64,000 nucleotides of DNA, from assembly GCF_006345805.1 (NCBI RefSeq), contig NC_043022.1, positions 14,446,001 through 14,510,000 on the forward strand, in the 5' to 3' direction. The notes under the pieces were generated by a model. It ran no database searches. It saw nothing but the letters and a program-made list of their open reading frames with translations, and was not told the origin of the DNA. The stretch is from Octopus sinensis. Lineage: Eukaryota. The translations under genes were made by a program, and so were the position numbers. Shown piece by piece: positions 53,101 through 64,000 of the stretch (positions are counted from its first letter, which is position 1; every line of letters starts with the position of its first letter).

Positions 53101-55128
53101 TGCCCTTCCTAATGCCAACCACTTTACAGGGTCAACTGGGTGCTTTTCACATGGTACCAGCACTGGTGAGGTCTACTTTGGGTATCATAGGTATTAATGA
53201 GCTGAGAGTAGGAGCTTAGACAATTTCATAAATAGATACCAGGTGTATCTTGGGGGCTATTGGCAATATATAAACAAGGTGCTGAATTGAGCAAGAATGG
53301 GCATTTACTAAAAGAGTATAAAACTGTTTATGGTACCCAAACAATTTCCTTCATCATCACCATTGTTCGACCGTGGTCGAGACAATCGAATTTACCATGC
53401 TACGCCAGACTTCACGGTCCATCATAGCATTATGGAGGTCCTGTTGCTGGATGCCTGTATCCCTGGAGATCACATCAGGGTAGGAGAGTGTGCGCCCTCT
53501 GGCATTGAGAGTAGATGGCTTCCAGAGAAGAATTTCCTTAATGGCCAGTGCTTAATCTTATTTAGTGGATTATCTTTTACTTGTTTCAGTCATTAGACTG
53601 TTGGCCATGCTGGGGCACCAGCTTAAAGAATTTTAGTCAAACAAATTGATATCGGTACTTTATTTTTTTTTTTAAGCCTGGTACTTACTCTATCGGTCTC
53701 TTGTACTGATTTAGTGTTATGAAGATATAAACACACCAACATCAGTTGTCGAGCAGCGATGGACACACACACACACACACACACACACCTTCCAGTTTCC
53801 GTCTACCAAATCCGCTCAAAAGGTTTTGGCCAGCTCCCTGAGGCTATAGTAGAAGACACTTGCCGAAGGGGCCACACAGCGCGACAAACCTTAGAACCAT
53901 GTGGTCGGAAAGCAAGCTTCTTTCCTCTCAGCTATGCTGCTAATCTATAGAAGATATTTAATGGGGGGCAGATGAAGAAGTATGTGCATTTAGATGTAAA
54001 TAAACCATTGTCGTTAATTAATGTAAGTTTTTCATGCTGGCATGGGTTGGTTAGTTCAACAGGAGCTGGTAAACCAAAGGACTCTGTCAAACTTGTCTGT
54101 TTTGGCATGATCTTCTCTGGAGTGGACTGGGTGCTTTTCATGTGGAACCAGCACTGGTAAGGTCTGTTGTTTGACTGTTGGATGCCCTTCCAAATACCAT
54201 GGTTCTTTGTGTGTGTCACGATGGGCTTCTTTCAGTTTCCATCTCTCAAATCTACTCACAAGGCTTCAGTCAGCTCAATGCTATAGTAGAAGACACTTGG
54301 CCAAGTTGCCATACAGTGGGACTGAACCCGGAACCATGTGGTTGGGAAGCAAGCTTCTTACCACACAGCCACACCTGTGCCTTTAAAGATATTGCTTAAA
54401 TAGACAACAGTGTGTTTGAAGTAGAATTCTTCCATTTTAAGTTGTGATTTATATTTAGGTGTCAGAAATGTTCCCTTCTGAAAAGACGCTGTGGTTTAAT
54501 GTTAAAAAAGGGCTGTGTGCATATGTAAACCTGTCTGTGTGCGTGTGTTTGTGTGTTACTATCTCCTTGTCTTGACATCACATCATCATCATCATTGTTT
54601 AACATCTGCTTTCCATGCTAGCATGGGTTGGACGATTTTGACTGAGGGCTGGTGAACCAGATGGCTGCACCAGGCTCCAATCTGATCTGGCAGAGTTTCT
54701 ACAGCTGGATGCCCTTCCTAACGCCATCCACTCCGAGAGTGTAGTGGGTGCTTTTATGTACCACCGGCACAAGGGCCAGTCAGGCGGTACTGGCAATGGC
54801 CTCGCTCGAATCTTTTTACACATGCTACCGGCACAGGTGCCAGTGAAGCGACGTTGGTAACGATCACGCTCGAAAGGTGCCCTTTTACGTGCCACCAGCA
54901 CGGAAGCCAGTTGGCTGCTCTGGCAACGATCACGCTTGGATGGTGCTGACGGTTGTAAACAAACATCACCAACATGCAAGCTCTGTCCTTTCCAATCTTC
55001 CATGAAAAAGTGTCCAGTGATGAAGAATATCACATTGGAAACAAGTGAAGCTTTGCATCAGTAAGGGCAATCTGGTCATTGAAATAAACTCTGTTTCACC
55101 CCTGCAAGTGTGGAAAAGTGAATGTTAA

Positions 55129-55854
55129 CCTCTTGACATACACCATTTTCTTTTCTCAATTTTCATGCAAAAAAAATAATTATTTTTTAAGATTTATTTT
55201 GAATCTGTATATAAGGAAGAATAAGTACAAAAATTATTTTGGATCAGTTATGATTTTTTATGAAGTTACTAGTAGAAAATGATCCTTACTGATAGCTGTT
55301 AATGATGTTATCCCCGTTTTCTATCATTAACAAAGTATTTCAGGTTAGAAATAAGGGACAGGTACCTCAGAATGCAGTGAACATATATTTTCGTTCAAAT
55401 ATATATTTACTAGACACCTCTGAACGAAAATATACAGGATAATATGTTAACCCTTTTGTTATGAACCTGGCTGAAACTGGCCCTGAGTATAAATGTCTTG
55501 TTTCCATAAGTTTTCAATTAAAATCTTTCACCAAACCTTAGTCACAATTTATGTTCTTAACACTAGCTTAATGATAACGAAGTTATTTTGATAAATTCTT
55601 TGGTATATAAAAAGTAATTGATAGAAAACACAAAGCATCTCAATATACAATATTGTTTAAATATACAATAGAGAAACAATTCTTAGCCCTTTTGATACCA
55701 ACCTAGACGAAACTGTTTCTGGCTCTATAGCACAAATGTCTTGTTTTCATAAGTTTTGAATTAAAATCTTCCACCAAACCTTACTCACAATTTATGTTCC
55801 TGAAAGAAACACAGAGCATCTCAACAGAAATATGGTAACAAAAGGGTTAAGAGG
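55129..55854. mobile_element. TTAA-flanked MITE whose right TIR is interrupted by a second, dimeric TTAA MITE (55451-55846)
   Basis: TTAA|CCTCTTGACATA ... TATG-TTAA-[CCCTTTTGTTA...TAACAAAAGGG]-TTAA-GAGG|TTAA. Confidence 0.8.
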
Positions 55855-55879
55855 TTAAAACGATGGTATATCTGTTGGT

Positions 55880-56116
55880 TTTGAAGGCGGCGAGCTGGCA
55901 GAATCGTTAGCATGCCTGGCGAAATGCTTACCGATATTTCGTCTGCTGTTATGTTCTGAGTTCAAATTCCGCCACGGTCGACTTTGCCTTTCATCCTTTC
56001 GGGGTTGATTAAATAAGTACCAGTTACGCACTGGGGTCGATATAATCGACTTAATCCGTTTGTCTGTCCTTGTTTGTCCCCTCTGTGTTTAGCCCCTTGT
56101 GGGTAGTAAAGAAATG
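55880..56116 (+). mobile_element. Family-B SINE, full length with 15-bp TSD
   Basis: TSD ggtatatctgttggt at 55865-55879 and 56117-56131. Confidence 0.92.
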
Positions 56117-56915
56117 GGTATATCTGTTGGTGATCATTTATGAATGGATTTGTGAGTACACTTAATTTGCCTTCAGTTTTGACTTGGGTCTCATATCTAC
56201 TGCTGTTGGAACTTCTGTGTCTGCTCCCTGGGGAGCAGACATTAATCTGCTTATTGGGTCTGTAGTCTTGCTAGGGTTTTTTAATTTATTTTTTTTATTT
56301 TACAAGCGGGGACACATTTTAATCCTTGGGCATTGTCCTTTTTCAATCTTCCTTGAAAACCTGTCATAAAATTTCTATCTGTTTATTTTTGGAATGACAT
56401 TGTAGGATAGTTGTGAGAGGCCAGACCTGGCCGGTTTGAGCATAAAACGGGTAGAATATTTGGGCTGGATATGACTGGTTTACATGCTAAAGGGTTAATA
56501 TTCAATATCTTTGTTTTAATAATGTCCACTTTTCCATGCTTTGCATGGGTCAGGCGGAATTCAGTGAGGCAGGTTTTCTAAAGATGAATGCCCTTCCCGT
56601 TGTCAACCCTCACCTCTTTCCAAGCCAGGTAACATTTCTCCATGTCCAGACATGTTTTTCATGGAAGACTAGAGACAAATGATATTGTAGGGAAGTGTTC
56701 ATTTAACCCCTAAGCTTTCAGATTCCTATGTCAAATATAAAGCTTATTAATTCACATTATTTTTTAATTAATCATGCGTTATGTCACAGCTTTGAGATTC
56801 TGATGATGGGATTGTTTGTTTCTTAAATGACATTTTAGGGATTTGGCTGGTTTGAACACAAAAAAAAAATATTTGAGCTGGACATGGGCTTGTTTAAATG
56901 CAAAAGATATATATA

Positions 56916-57151
56916 CGAGGGTGAGTCAAAAAGTAATGTTATTTTGTTTAGGACAGGAATAATTACCAACACAGGAACATATATCATACATCAAAATGAA
57001 GCTGGTCTTCTGTGGATCACATTCCTGCTTCTCAACAAAGTCACCGTTTCTCTCAATAGCAATGTTCCACCTTTGAATGAGAGCATGTATCCCTGCCCCA
57101 TAAAATTCTGTTGACTGTTCTTTGAATCACCTCTTCACCACAGTTTCCACT
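56916..57151 (-). pseudogene. Mariner transposon 3' end (dead transposase C-terminus plus TIR)
   Basis: TA|CGAGGGTGAGTCAAAAAGT terminus; minus translation VKR*FKEQSTEFYGAGIHALIQRWNIAIERNGDFVEK matches the mariner FY..GI..L..RW......NGDY tail, with an in-frame stop. Confidence 0.85.
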
Positions 57152-57711
57152 ATGTATGTATATATGTGTGTGTGTGTGTGTGTATGTATATATGTGTGTA
57201 TGTATGTGTGCGTGTGTACATGTATATATGACAAGCTTCTTCCAGTTTCTGTCTACCAAATCCACTCACAAGGCACTGGTCAGCCTGAGGCTATAGTAGA
57301 AGACACTTGCCCAAAGTACCATGCGGTGGGACTGAACCCGGAACCATGTGGTTGGGGTGCAAACTTCTTACTACACAGCCATGCTTGCGCCTGTTAAAAG
57401 TAATCAAGATGTTTTGTGCATTGTAGAAGTAAAACCCAGTTTATTGCGGATAAATTTTAATGAAATTGTATATGGACCCACAAAGGGCTGTGTGGGCCCT
57501 TGGTTGAGAACCGCTGTATTAGAGTAAAAGAATAATTTCGGTTTAATCAAAGAAAATGAATGCTTGATAAACAGCTTGTTAGTGTTGGGGCAGCCATAGT
57601 CCAGAAATTTTCTGTTGGCAATCTGCCCTGCTTGAGAGGACTTGTGAGATTGTTGTTGGGGCTGATGCTGCTGTTGCCTAACTGACACGTAGAAAGCACC
57701 TTTTGAATGTT

Positions 57712-58251
57712 CTTCTTTCTTCTTGGCTTGAGACAGCATTCACCTGGGGTGGGTTGAGCTGGCTTCATTCATCCTCAATGCTGCATCTCTCACAAACGCC
57801 GACCAGGCCTGGCGATTTGAGGCTAACGACCGTGTGATCTTCAACCACTCCTTATTTCAATGGGTTCCAGATCAGACTTGACTGTCATCAGCCAGGTTTT
57901 TCGTTGTCCACCACATCGCTTTCGTCAACCCTGAAGGGGAGCTGGGGCAATTGCTTCGTAGGTTGGGTTCCAGATCAGCCTTGACTGTCATCAGCCAGGT
58001 TTTTCGTTGTCCACCACATCACTTTCGCCAACCCTGAAGGGGAGCCGGGGCAATTGCTTCATAGATTGGGTTCCAGATCAGCCTCGACTGTCATCAGCCA
58101 GGTTTTTCGTTGTCCACCACATCGCTTTCACCAACCCTGAAGGGGAGCCGGGGCAATTGCTTTGAAGATGAATTCTCCTGGTTGACGATGGAGGGCATGA
58201 CCCAGCCAACGCAGACGTCTTGTCGGAGGGAGGTGTTGAATGTTCTTTCTT
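57712..58251 (-). mobile_element. Second 5'-truncated copy of the RTE LINE with the same 103-bp triplication
   Basis: Homologous to 50799-51360; TSD cttttgaatgtt at 57700-57711 and 58252-58263; (AAG)-like tail. Confidence 0.88.
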
Positions 58252-58481
58252 CTTTTGAATGTTGGGCAATATTGTACTTGAGAAGACCTTTCAAGCCAAG
58301 TGCGATTGTAGTTATGGCTGATGCCGGTGTCGTGTAACTAGCACCCGTACCAGAGGCACGTAAAAAGCACCCACTACACTGTAGGATGGCTTCAGGAAGG
58401 GCCTCCAGCCATAGAAACCATGCAAAATCAGACTGGAACTCAGTGCAGTCCCCCCCCCCAGCTTACCAGTTCTGTCAAACC

Positions 58482-58714
58482 TATTTCTTTACTACCCACA
58501 AGGGGCTAAACACAGTGAGGACAAACAAGGACAGACAAACAGATTAAGTCTATTATATTGACCCCAGTGCGTAACTGGTACTTCTTTAATCAACCCCGAA
58601 AGGATGAAAGGCAAAGTCGACCTCGGCGGAATTTGAACTCAGAACGTAACGGCAGACGAAATACAGCTACGCATTTCGCCCAGCGTGCTAACGTTTCTGC
58701 CAGCTCGCCGCCTT
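58482..58714 (-). mobile_element. Family-B SINE nested in a family-D element
   Basis: TSD tgtcaaacc at 58473-58481 and 58715-58723. Confidence 0.9.
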
Positions 58715-58760
58715 TGTCAAACCATCCAACCCATGCCAGCATGGAAAACGAATGTGAAAT

Positions 58761-59131
58761 TTATTCTCTAGAAAAACGCCGCCGCCGTGGTGATCTCATT
58801 CTTGCCCACAACATCATAAGCGGAAAGTGTAACCTCTCGAAAGAGCTGTTCTTCACTCCTGCTCCAGAGCGTCGGCTGCGGGGTCATTCCGAAAAGCTCT
58901 ACCTGTGACGATTTCATCTCAATCGAAGGAGAGGAGCTTTCTCCGTCCGGGTTGCGGATCCATGGAACAAGCTGCCAGATGAGATGGTGAAGATGCCGAC
59001 AACCTCTTTGTTCAAAGCCTCCCTTGACCTCAAGTGGCCTGAACTCTTTACATGAACACCACCCTGTACTTAACTCCATGTCCCCCTACATGGCCTTGCT
59101 ATTTGCTTTTGAGCCAAATTAACTAACTAAC
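58761..59131 (+). mobile_element. 5'-truncated CR1 LINE fragment
   Basis: Near copy of 21684-22050; YSLEKRRRRGDLILAHNII; CGA>TGA stop; (TAAC)n tail. Confidence 0.9.
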
Positions 59132-59291
59132 ATAAATGCATGGTGTGTACGGTGGTGCTTGACTATGGGTATATTTTATTTTTGTTGTACGTAGTTTTTT
59201 TTCACGTCTTCCATAATGTAAAGTATCTTGAATGTAATATGCTTGCACACTCACAAGCAATACTGTTAGTAATGGTTTCTGCTTTCATTAA

Positions 59292-59732
59292 CCTTTTAGT
59301 ATTTAAACCGGTCATATCCGGCCAAAATATTTAATCTGTTTTATGTTCAAACTGACCAGATCCAGGCCCTCACACCTACCCTACAACGTTATTCTACATT
59401 AAGTAATTACACCATCAAGATCTTGAAGGTATTAGATAATGCATGATTAATTCAAATCAATGGGAATCAAGTAGCATTATGTTTGATAGAATAATCTGAA
59501 CACTAAAGGGTTAACCCCTTTCAGACAGATTTAGTACTGACAGTCTGTGCTTTGTGCCCAGTATTGGGCCATTCAGCAGCTGGATAAATTTTCGTACAAA
59601 GGAATTTGATGGTGTATATCCAGATTTCTCTCAGTGGTAGATTTGAAAAAACAGTGCTTCACAGAGTGAGACATTGCACTGCTCACACACAGTGTTTTGA
59701 TGAGGTCAGTACCGCTTCCTGCCTGCAAGGGG
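59292..59732. mobile_element. Two different TTAA-specific MITEs back to back (59292-59510 and 59515-59732)
   Basis: TTAA|CCTTTTAGT...ACTAAAGGG|TTAA|CCCCTTTCAGACAG...CTGCCTGCAAGGGG|TTAA. Confidence 0.8.
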
Positions 59733-62700
59733 TTAATTTCAGCAGCAGCCGCAGCAGTAGATTAATACAGTAGACAGAAGAGTGATGCAAGGACAAGGGA
59801 GGAGCTGGTAGGTGTAGGAAGACTTGAAAGGGACATGGAAATTCACATCCCCTTTTACTTGTTTCAATCATTGGATTTGGGTCTTGCTGGGGGCATTGCC
59901 ACAAAGGGTTTAATTAAATAAATCAATTACTGCACATATTTCCTAAGTCTGGTGCTTGTTCTACGTTTCTTTTGTCAACTCACCATTATGGGGGGGCGAA
60001 ACAAACCAGTACTATTTATTGGATAAGGGCAAACATACATACATACACATGCACACACTCTCCCTCTCTCTCTTGGCATGTAAAAAACACCATTTGAGTG
60101 TGGCCGTTGCCAGTACCGCCTGACTGGCCCTCGTGCCGGTGGCACGTAAAAGCACCCACTACACTCTAGGAGTGGTTGGCGTTAGGAAGGGCATCTAGTT
60201 GTAGAAACTCTGCCAGATCAAGATTGGAACCTGGTGCAGCCATCTGGTTCGCCAGTCCTCAGTCAAATCGTCCAACCCATGTCAGCATGGAAAGCGAACG
60301 TTAAACAATGATGATGATAATGGCCTTCTACATAGTTTCCATCTTTCAGATTCACTTGTAAGTCACTGGGTGACCCCAGGGCTAATAGTGGAAGACATGT
60401 GTCCAAGGTACTACACGGTGACGGAACCGAAAATCACATAATTTTAAAATGAGCTTCTTAAACGCATGGTCATCCCTGTACACACATTGTGCTTCCAGCC
60501 TCTGTGTCTCCAGCCATCTCCAATCATCATCATCATCACCTCCATGAGACTCATCAGTATCCAGTGTGTTCTTTACTCTCTCTCTCTCCTCCACAAGTTC
60601 CGGTCACTTAGTGTCCTCCATACACATCACATATCCATAACAACAATCTTCTCTCCTGCACTCGGCATCTGATTATTTATACAGCTGTCCTTATCCATAC
60701 TCATCACATGTCCATACTAACTCAATCTTCTCGCTTGCACACTCCATCCAATTCCATTGAGGCCTGGTTTTTCTCTCAGCACAGCTCATGCATTTTTAAA
60801 ATGATTTATTTCTCTTTATCAATCTCCAGAGGCAGTCATGGAAGGTTTGTATTACAGAGCTGAAGGCAGTCTCTAGGTGGGTTGGCATTGAAGTATTTAA
60901 CCCTTTGCCATTCAGATGACTCTGTCAAATGTAAAACTTATTCACATTGTTTCGAATTAATCATGCATTGTCCTACGGCTTTGAGATTTTGATGATGTGC
61001 GAAAACCTGTTAAGCCAAGTGAAATCGAAATCAAATTCGATGACTGGCATCTGTGCTAGTGGAGCACTAAGAGCACCATCCGAGCGTGATCGTTGCCAGA
61101 GTGGCTAACTGGCATCTGTGCCAGTGGCACATAAAAGACACCATTCGAGCGTGATCGTTACCAGCATTGCCTTACAGGTACTTGAGCCCCGTGCTAGTAG
61201 GGTATTAAGAGCACCATCTGAGCGTGATCAATCCCAGAGCGGCTATCGGGCCTCCGTGTCGGTGGCACGTAAAAAGTCGAGTGTGATTGTTACCAGCGTC
61301 GCCTTACTGGCTCCTGTGCAGGTGACACGTAAAAAAAAAAAAACCTATTTTTTGTGGCTGTTGCCAGTACCGCCTGACTGGCCCTCATGCTGGTGACACG
61401 TAAAAAGCACCCACTACAATCTTGGAGTGGTTGGCGTTCGGAAGGGCATCCAGCTGTAGAAACTCTGCCAGATCAAGATTGGAGCCTGGTGCAAGCCATC
61501 TGGTTCGCCAGTCCTCAGTCAAATCGTCCAACCCATGCTAGCATGGAAAGCGGATGTTAAACGATGATGATGATGATTGTATATATTTTTAGACTAATAT
61601 TGTGGGGTAGACGTGTGAGAAACTGGACCTGGTCAGTTTGAATATAAAACTGGAAGAATGTTTTGACTGGATGTGGCCAGTTTGATTGTTAAAAAGTTAA
61701 GGGATGGTCTTCAGAAAATTAGATAAAAATGGCTAAGTTCAGGCGACTTCTGTTTCTACCATTTCAACATGGATTTTGTTGTGCTTGTATAGGAGTAGGG
61801 TCTTTTGGAGCCCTGCATGTCTCAGGTAATCTTGGTTCTTTCTAATCTCTGTTAAGCTCAATGTCTTAAACCTTCTGTTACCAACTCGGCTGAATGTCTT
61901 TGAATTAAAATCTTCCACCAAACCTTAGTCACAATTTATGTTCCGACTACTAGCTTAATGATAACAAAGTTATTTTACTAAACTCTTTGTTAGATTTAAA
62001 ATTAATTGAAAGAAACACAGAGCATCTCAACAGAAATAGGGTAACAAAAGGGTTAAGATCATTCTCCACTTCATCCCACATTTTCCTGTGTTTTCCTCTC
62101 CCACAAGTTCCGGCCATTTTAATGGTTTGTACTTCATACACCTGTCCTCATTTATATACCTGACATACCCAAATCAATATAGTCTTGCACACTACATCTG
62201 GTTCCTCTTAGACCGACCCAGCTTTTTCCCCACTTAACACCTTTGTATTGTTATTCACAAAGACACACACACACAAACACTGATGTTGTACATTCAACAG
62301 AGCATGCTCAGTTAATTTCTCTTTTAGTTTCCACAGTTTTTCTGCATTTAGGACCCTTATCTCTCTACCATGTAGCACAACAGTTGTACTCAAGCATCAA
62401 ACCGTCTGCTTTTCAATCTGAGAAGGAAAAAGAAAAAAAAAACCCTTTTGTTACCTACAGATGTAATTAATTAATTAATAGCTCCCAGAACTTTCTCCAG
62501 CCTGTCTCCAATACTTTCAAACATACTCCTTGACTGCTAATAAGGTCTAATAAGGTCACCCTTGTAAGAGAAGCTATCAACCCATTCTAGGCATTTGAGA
62601 GAATCATTCCTGTGTCCCCTCAGTGTTGATTGCTCCTGTGCATATTCCACGTGTGTGGCTGTGAAGGTAAGAAGCTGACTTTCCAACCATATTGTTCCTT

Positions 62701-63426
62701 GGGCAAGTAATTTCTATGATGGCCCTGGGATGACCAAAGCCTTGGGAGTGGATTTGATAGATGGAAAACTGAACAAAGCTCATTGTATGTGTGTGTGTGT
62801 GTAGATTTGTGTATATACGTGTATGCATACACTCACACATATATTCTTTTACTTGTCGTTTGTCTGCAGCCATGCTGGAGCACTGCCTTAAAGGGTTTTA
62901 GTCGAAGAAATCGACCCCAGAACCTATTCTGTGTAAACTTAATACTTATTCTATTAGTTTTTGCTGAACCTCTAAGTCATGGGGATGTAAACACACCAAC
63001 CTCATTTTTCAAGCGATGGGAGTGGGGGAACAAGCACAGATATAAATATTTACATTATATATATATATATACACACACGATGGGCTTCTTTCAGTTTCTG
63101 TCTACGAAATCTATTCACAAGGCTTTGGTTGGCCTGAGGGTATAGTAGTAAACATTCAAGGTGCCACACAGTGGGACTGAACTTGAATTCATGTGGTTGG
63201 GAAGCAAGCTTCTTACCACACAGCCACACCCTTGTCTTGCCTCAATGGTTGTTAAACGAGCATCACGACCATACAAGCAACGTTTGTTTCCATTTCTGGC
63301 CATAAGAAATATTACCATTCTTGGACTGGAGCAATGTGAAATAGAGGGTCTCGCTCAAGATCTCAATGTGCCGCTGGGAATCCAACTCGCGACTTTTACG
63401 ATAGTGAGCCGGCGCCTTCACATAGG

Positions 63427-63843
63427 AGGGCGGCAAGCTGGCAGAAACGTTAGCACGCTGGGCAAAATGCTTAGCGGTATTTCGTCTGCCGTTACGTTCT
63501 GAGTTCAAACTCCGCCGAGGTCGACTTTGCCTTTCACCTTTTCGGGGTCGATAAATTAAGTACCAGTTACGCACTGGGGTCGATGTAATCGACTTAATAC
63601 CTATGTCTGTCCTTGTTTGTCCCCTCTGTGTTTAGCACCTTGTGGGTAGTAAAGAAATAGGTATTTCGTCTGCCGCTACGTTCTGAGTTCAAATTCCGCC
63701 GAGGTCAACTTTGCCTTTCATCCTTTTGGGGTCGATAAATTAAGTACCAGTTACGCACTGGGGTCGATGTAATCGACTTAATCCCTTTGTCTGTCCTTGT
63801 TTGTACTCTCTGTGTTTAGCCCCTTGTGGGCAATAACGAAATA
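63427..63843 (+). mobile_element. Family-B SINE: one head plus two tandem bodies
   Basis: Second body restarts at aaatag-gtatttcgtctg (~63661). Confidence 0.9.
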
Positions 63844-64000
63844 TATATGAGACTGCCACATTAAGTTGGCAACAAACCATCATATAATATATATATATAT
63901 ATATATATGATGGTTATATATATATGTACACACACGCACACAAAACCTGTATTACGTATAAAAAGTTTTACGTAAACAACCGAATATATGTGGGTGTATA

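Larger units (their letters stand above)
34368..64000 (+). other. Probable long intron of the SH2B-like gene
   Basis: Begins with GTCAGT donor; no recognisable PH/SH2-coding exon in the following ~29.6 kb, which is mostly TE and microsatellite. Confidence 0.6.

Overview
Eukaryotic, AT-rich, repeat-dense animal genomic DNA. The tRNA-derived SINE families, (TA)n/(TATC)n/(TATG)n microsatellites and overall texture point to an octopus/coleoid cephalopod (inference). Only two host genes are supportable. One is a large first coding exon (33064-34367, +) of an SH2B/Lnk-family adaptor, whose phenylalanine-zipper dimerisation domain is split by a ~340-aa low-complexity insertion; everything downstream appears to be one long intron. 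The other is an intact tRNA-Glu(CTC) gene (21158-21229, -). The rest is mobile DNA and simple repeats: at least four short retroposon families (called A-D here), CR1 and RTE LINE 3' fragments, Penelope-like terminal-repeat fragments carrying minimal hammerhead-ribozyme cores, TTAA-specific, Merlin-like, Tc1/mariner and hAT-like MITEs (often nested), long hairpins, a 1236-bp near-identical tandem duplication and a probable transposon-mediated inversion. Nearly all ORFs in the supplied track are translations of microsatellites or SINEs. No database searches were run; family names rest on motif recognition from memory.
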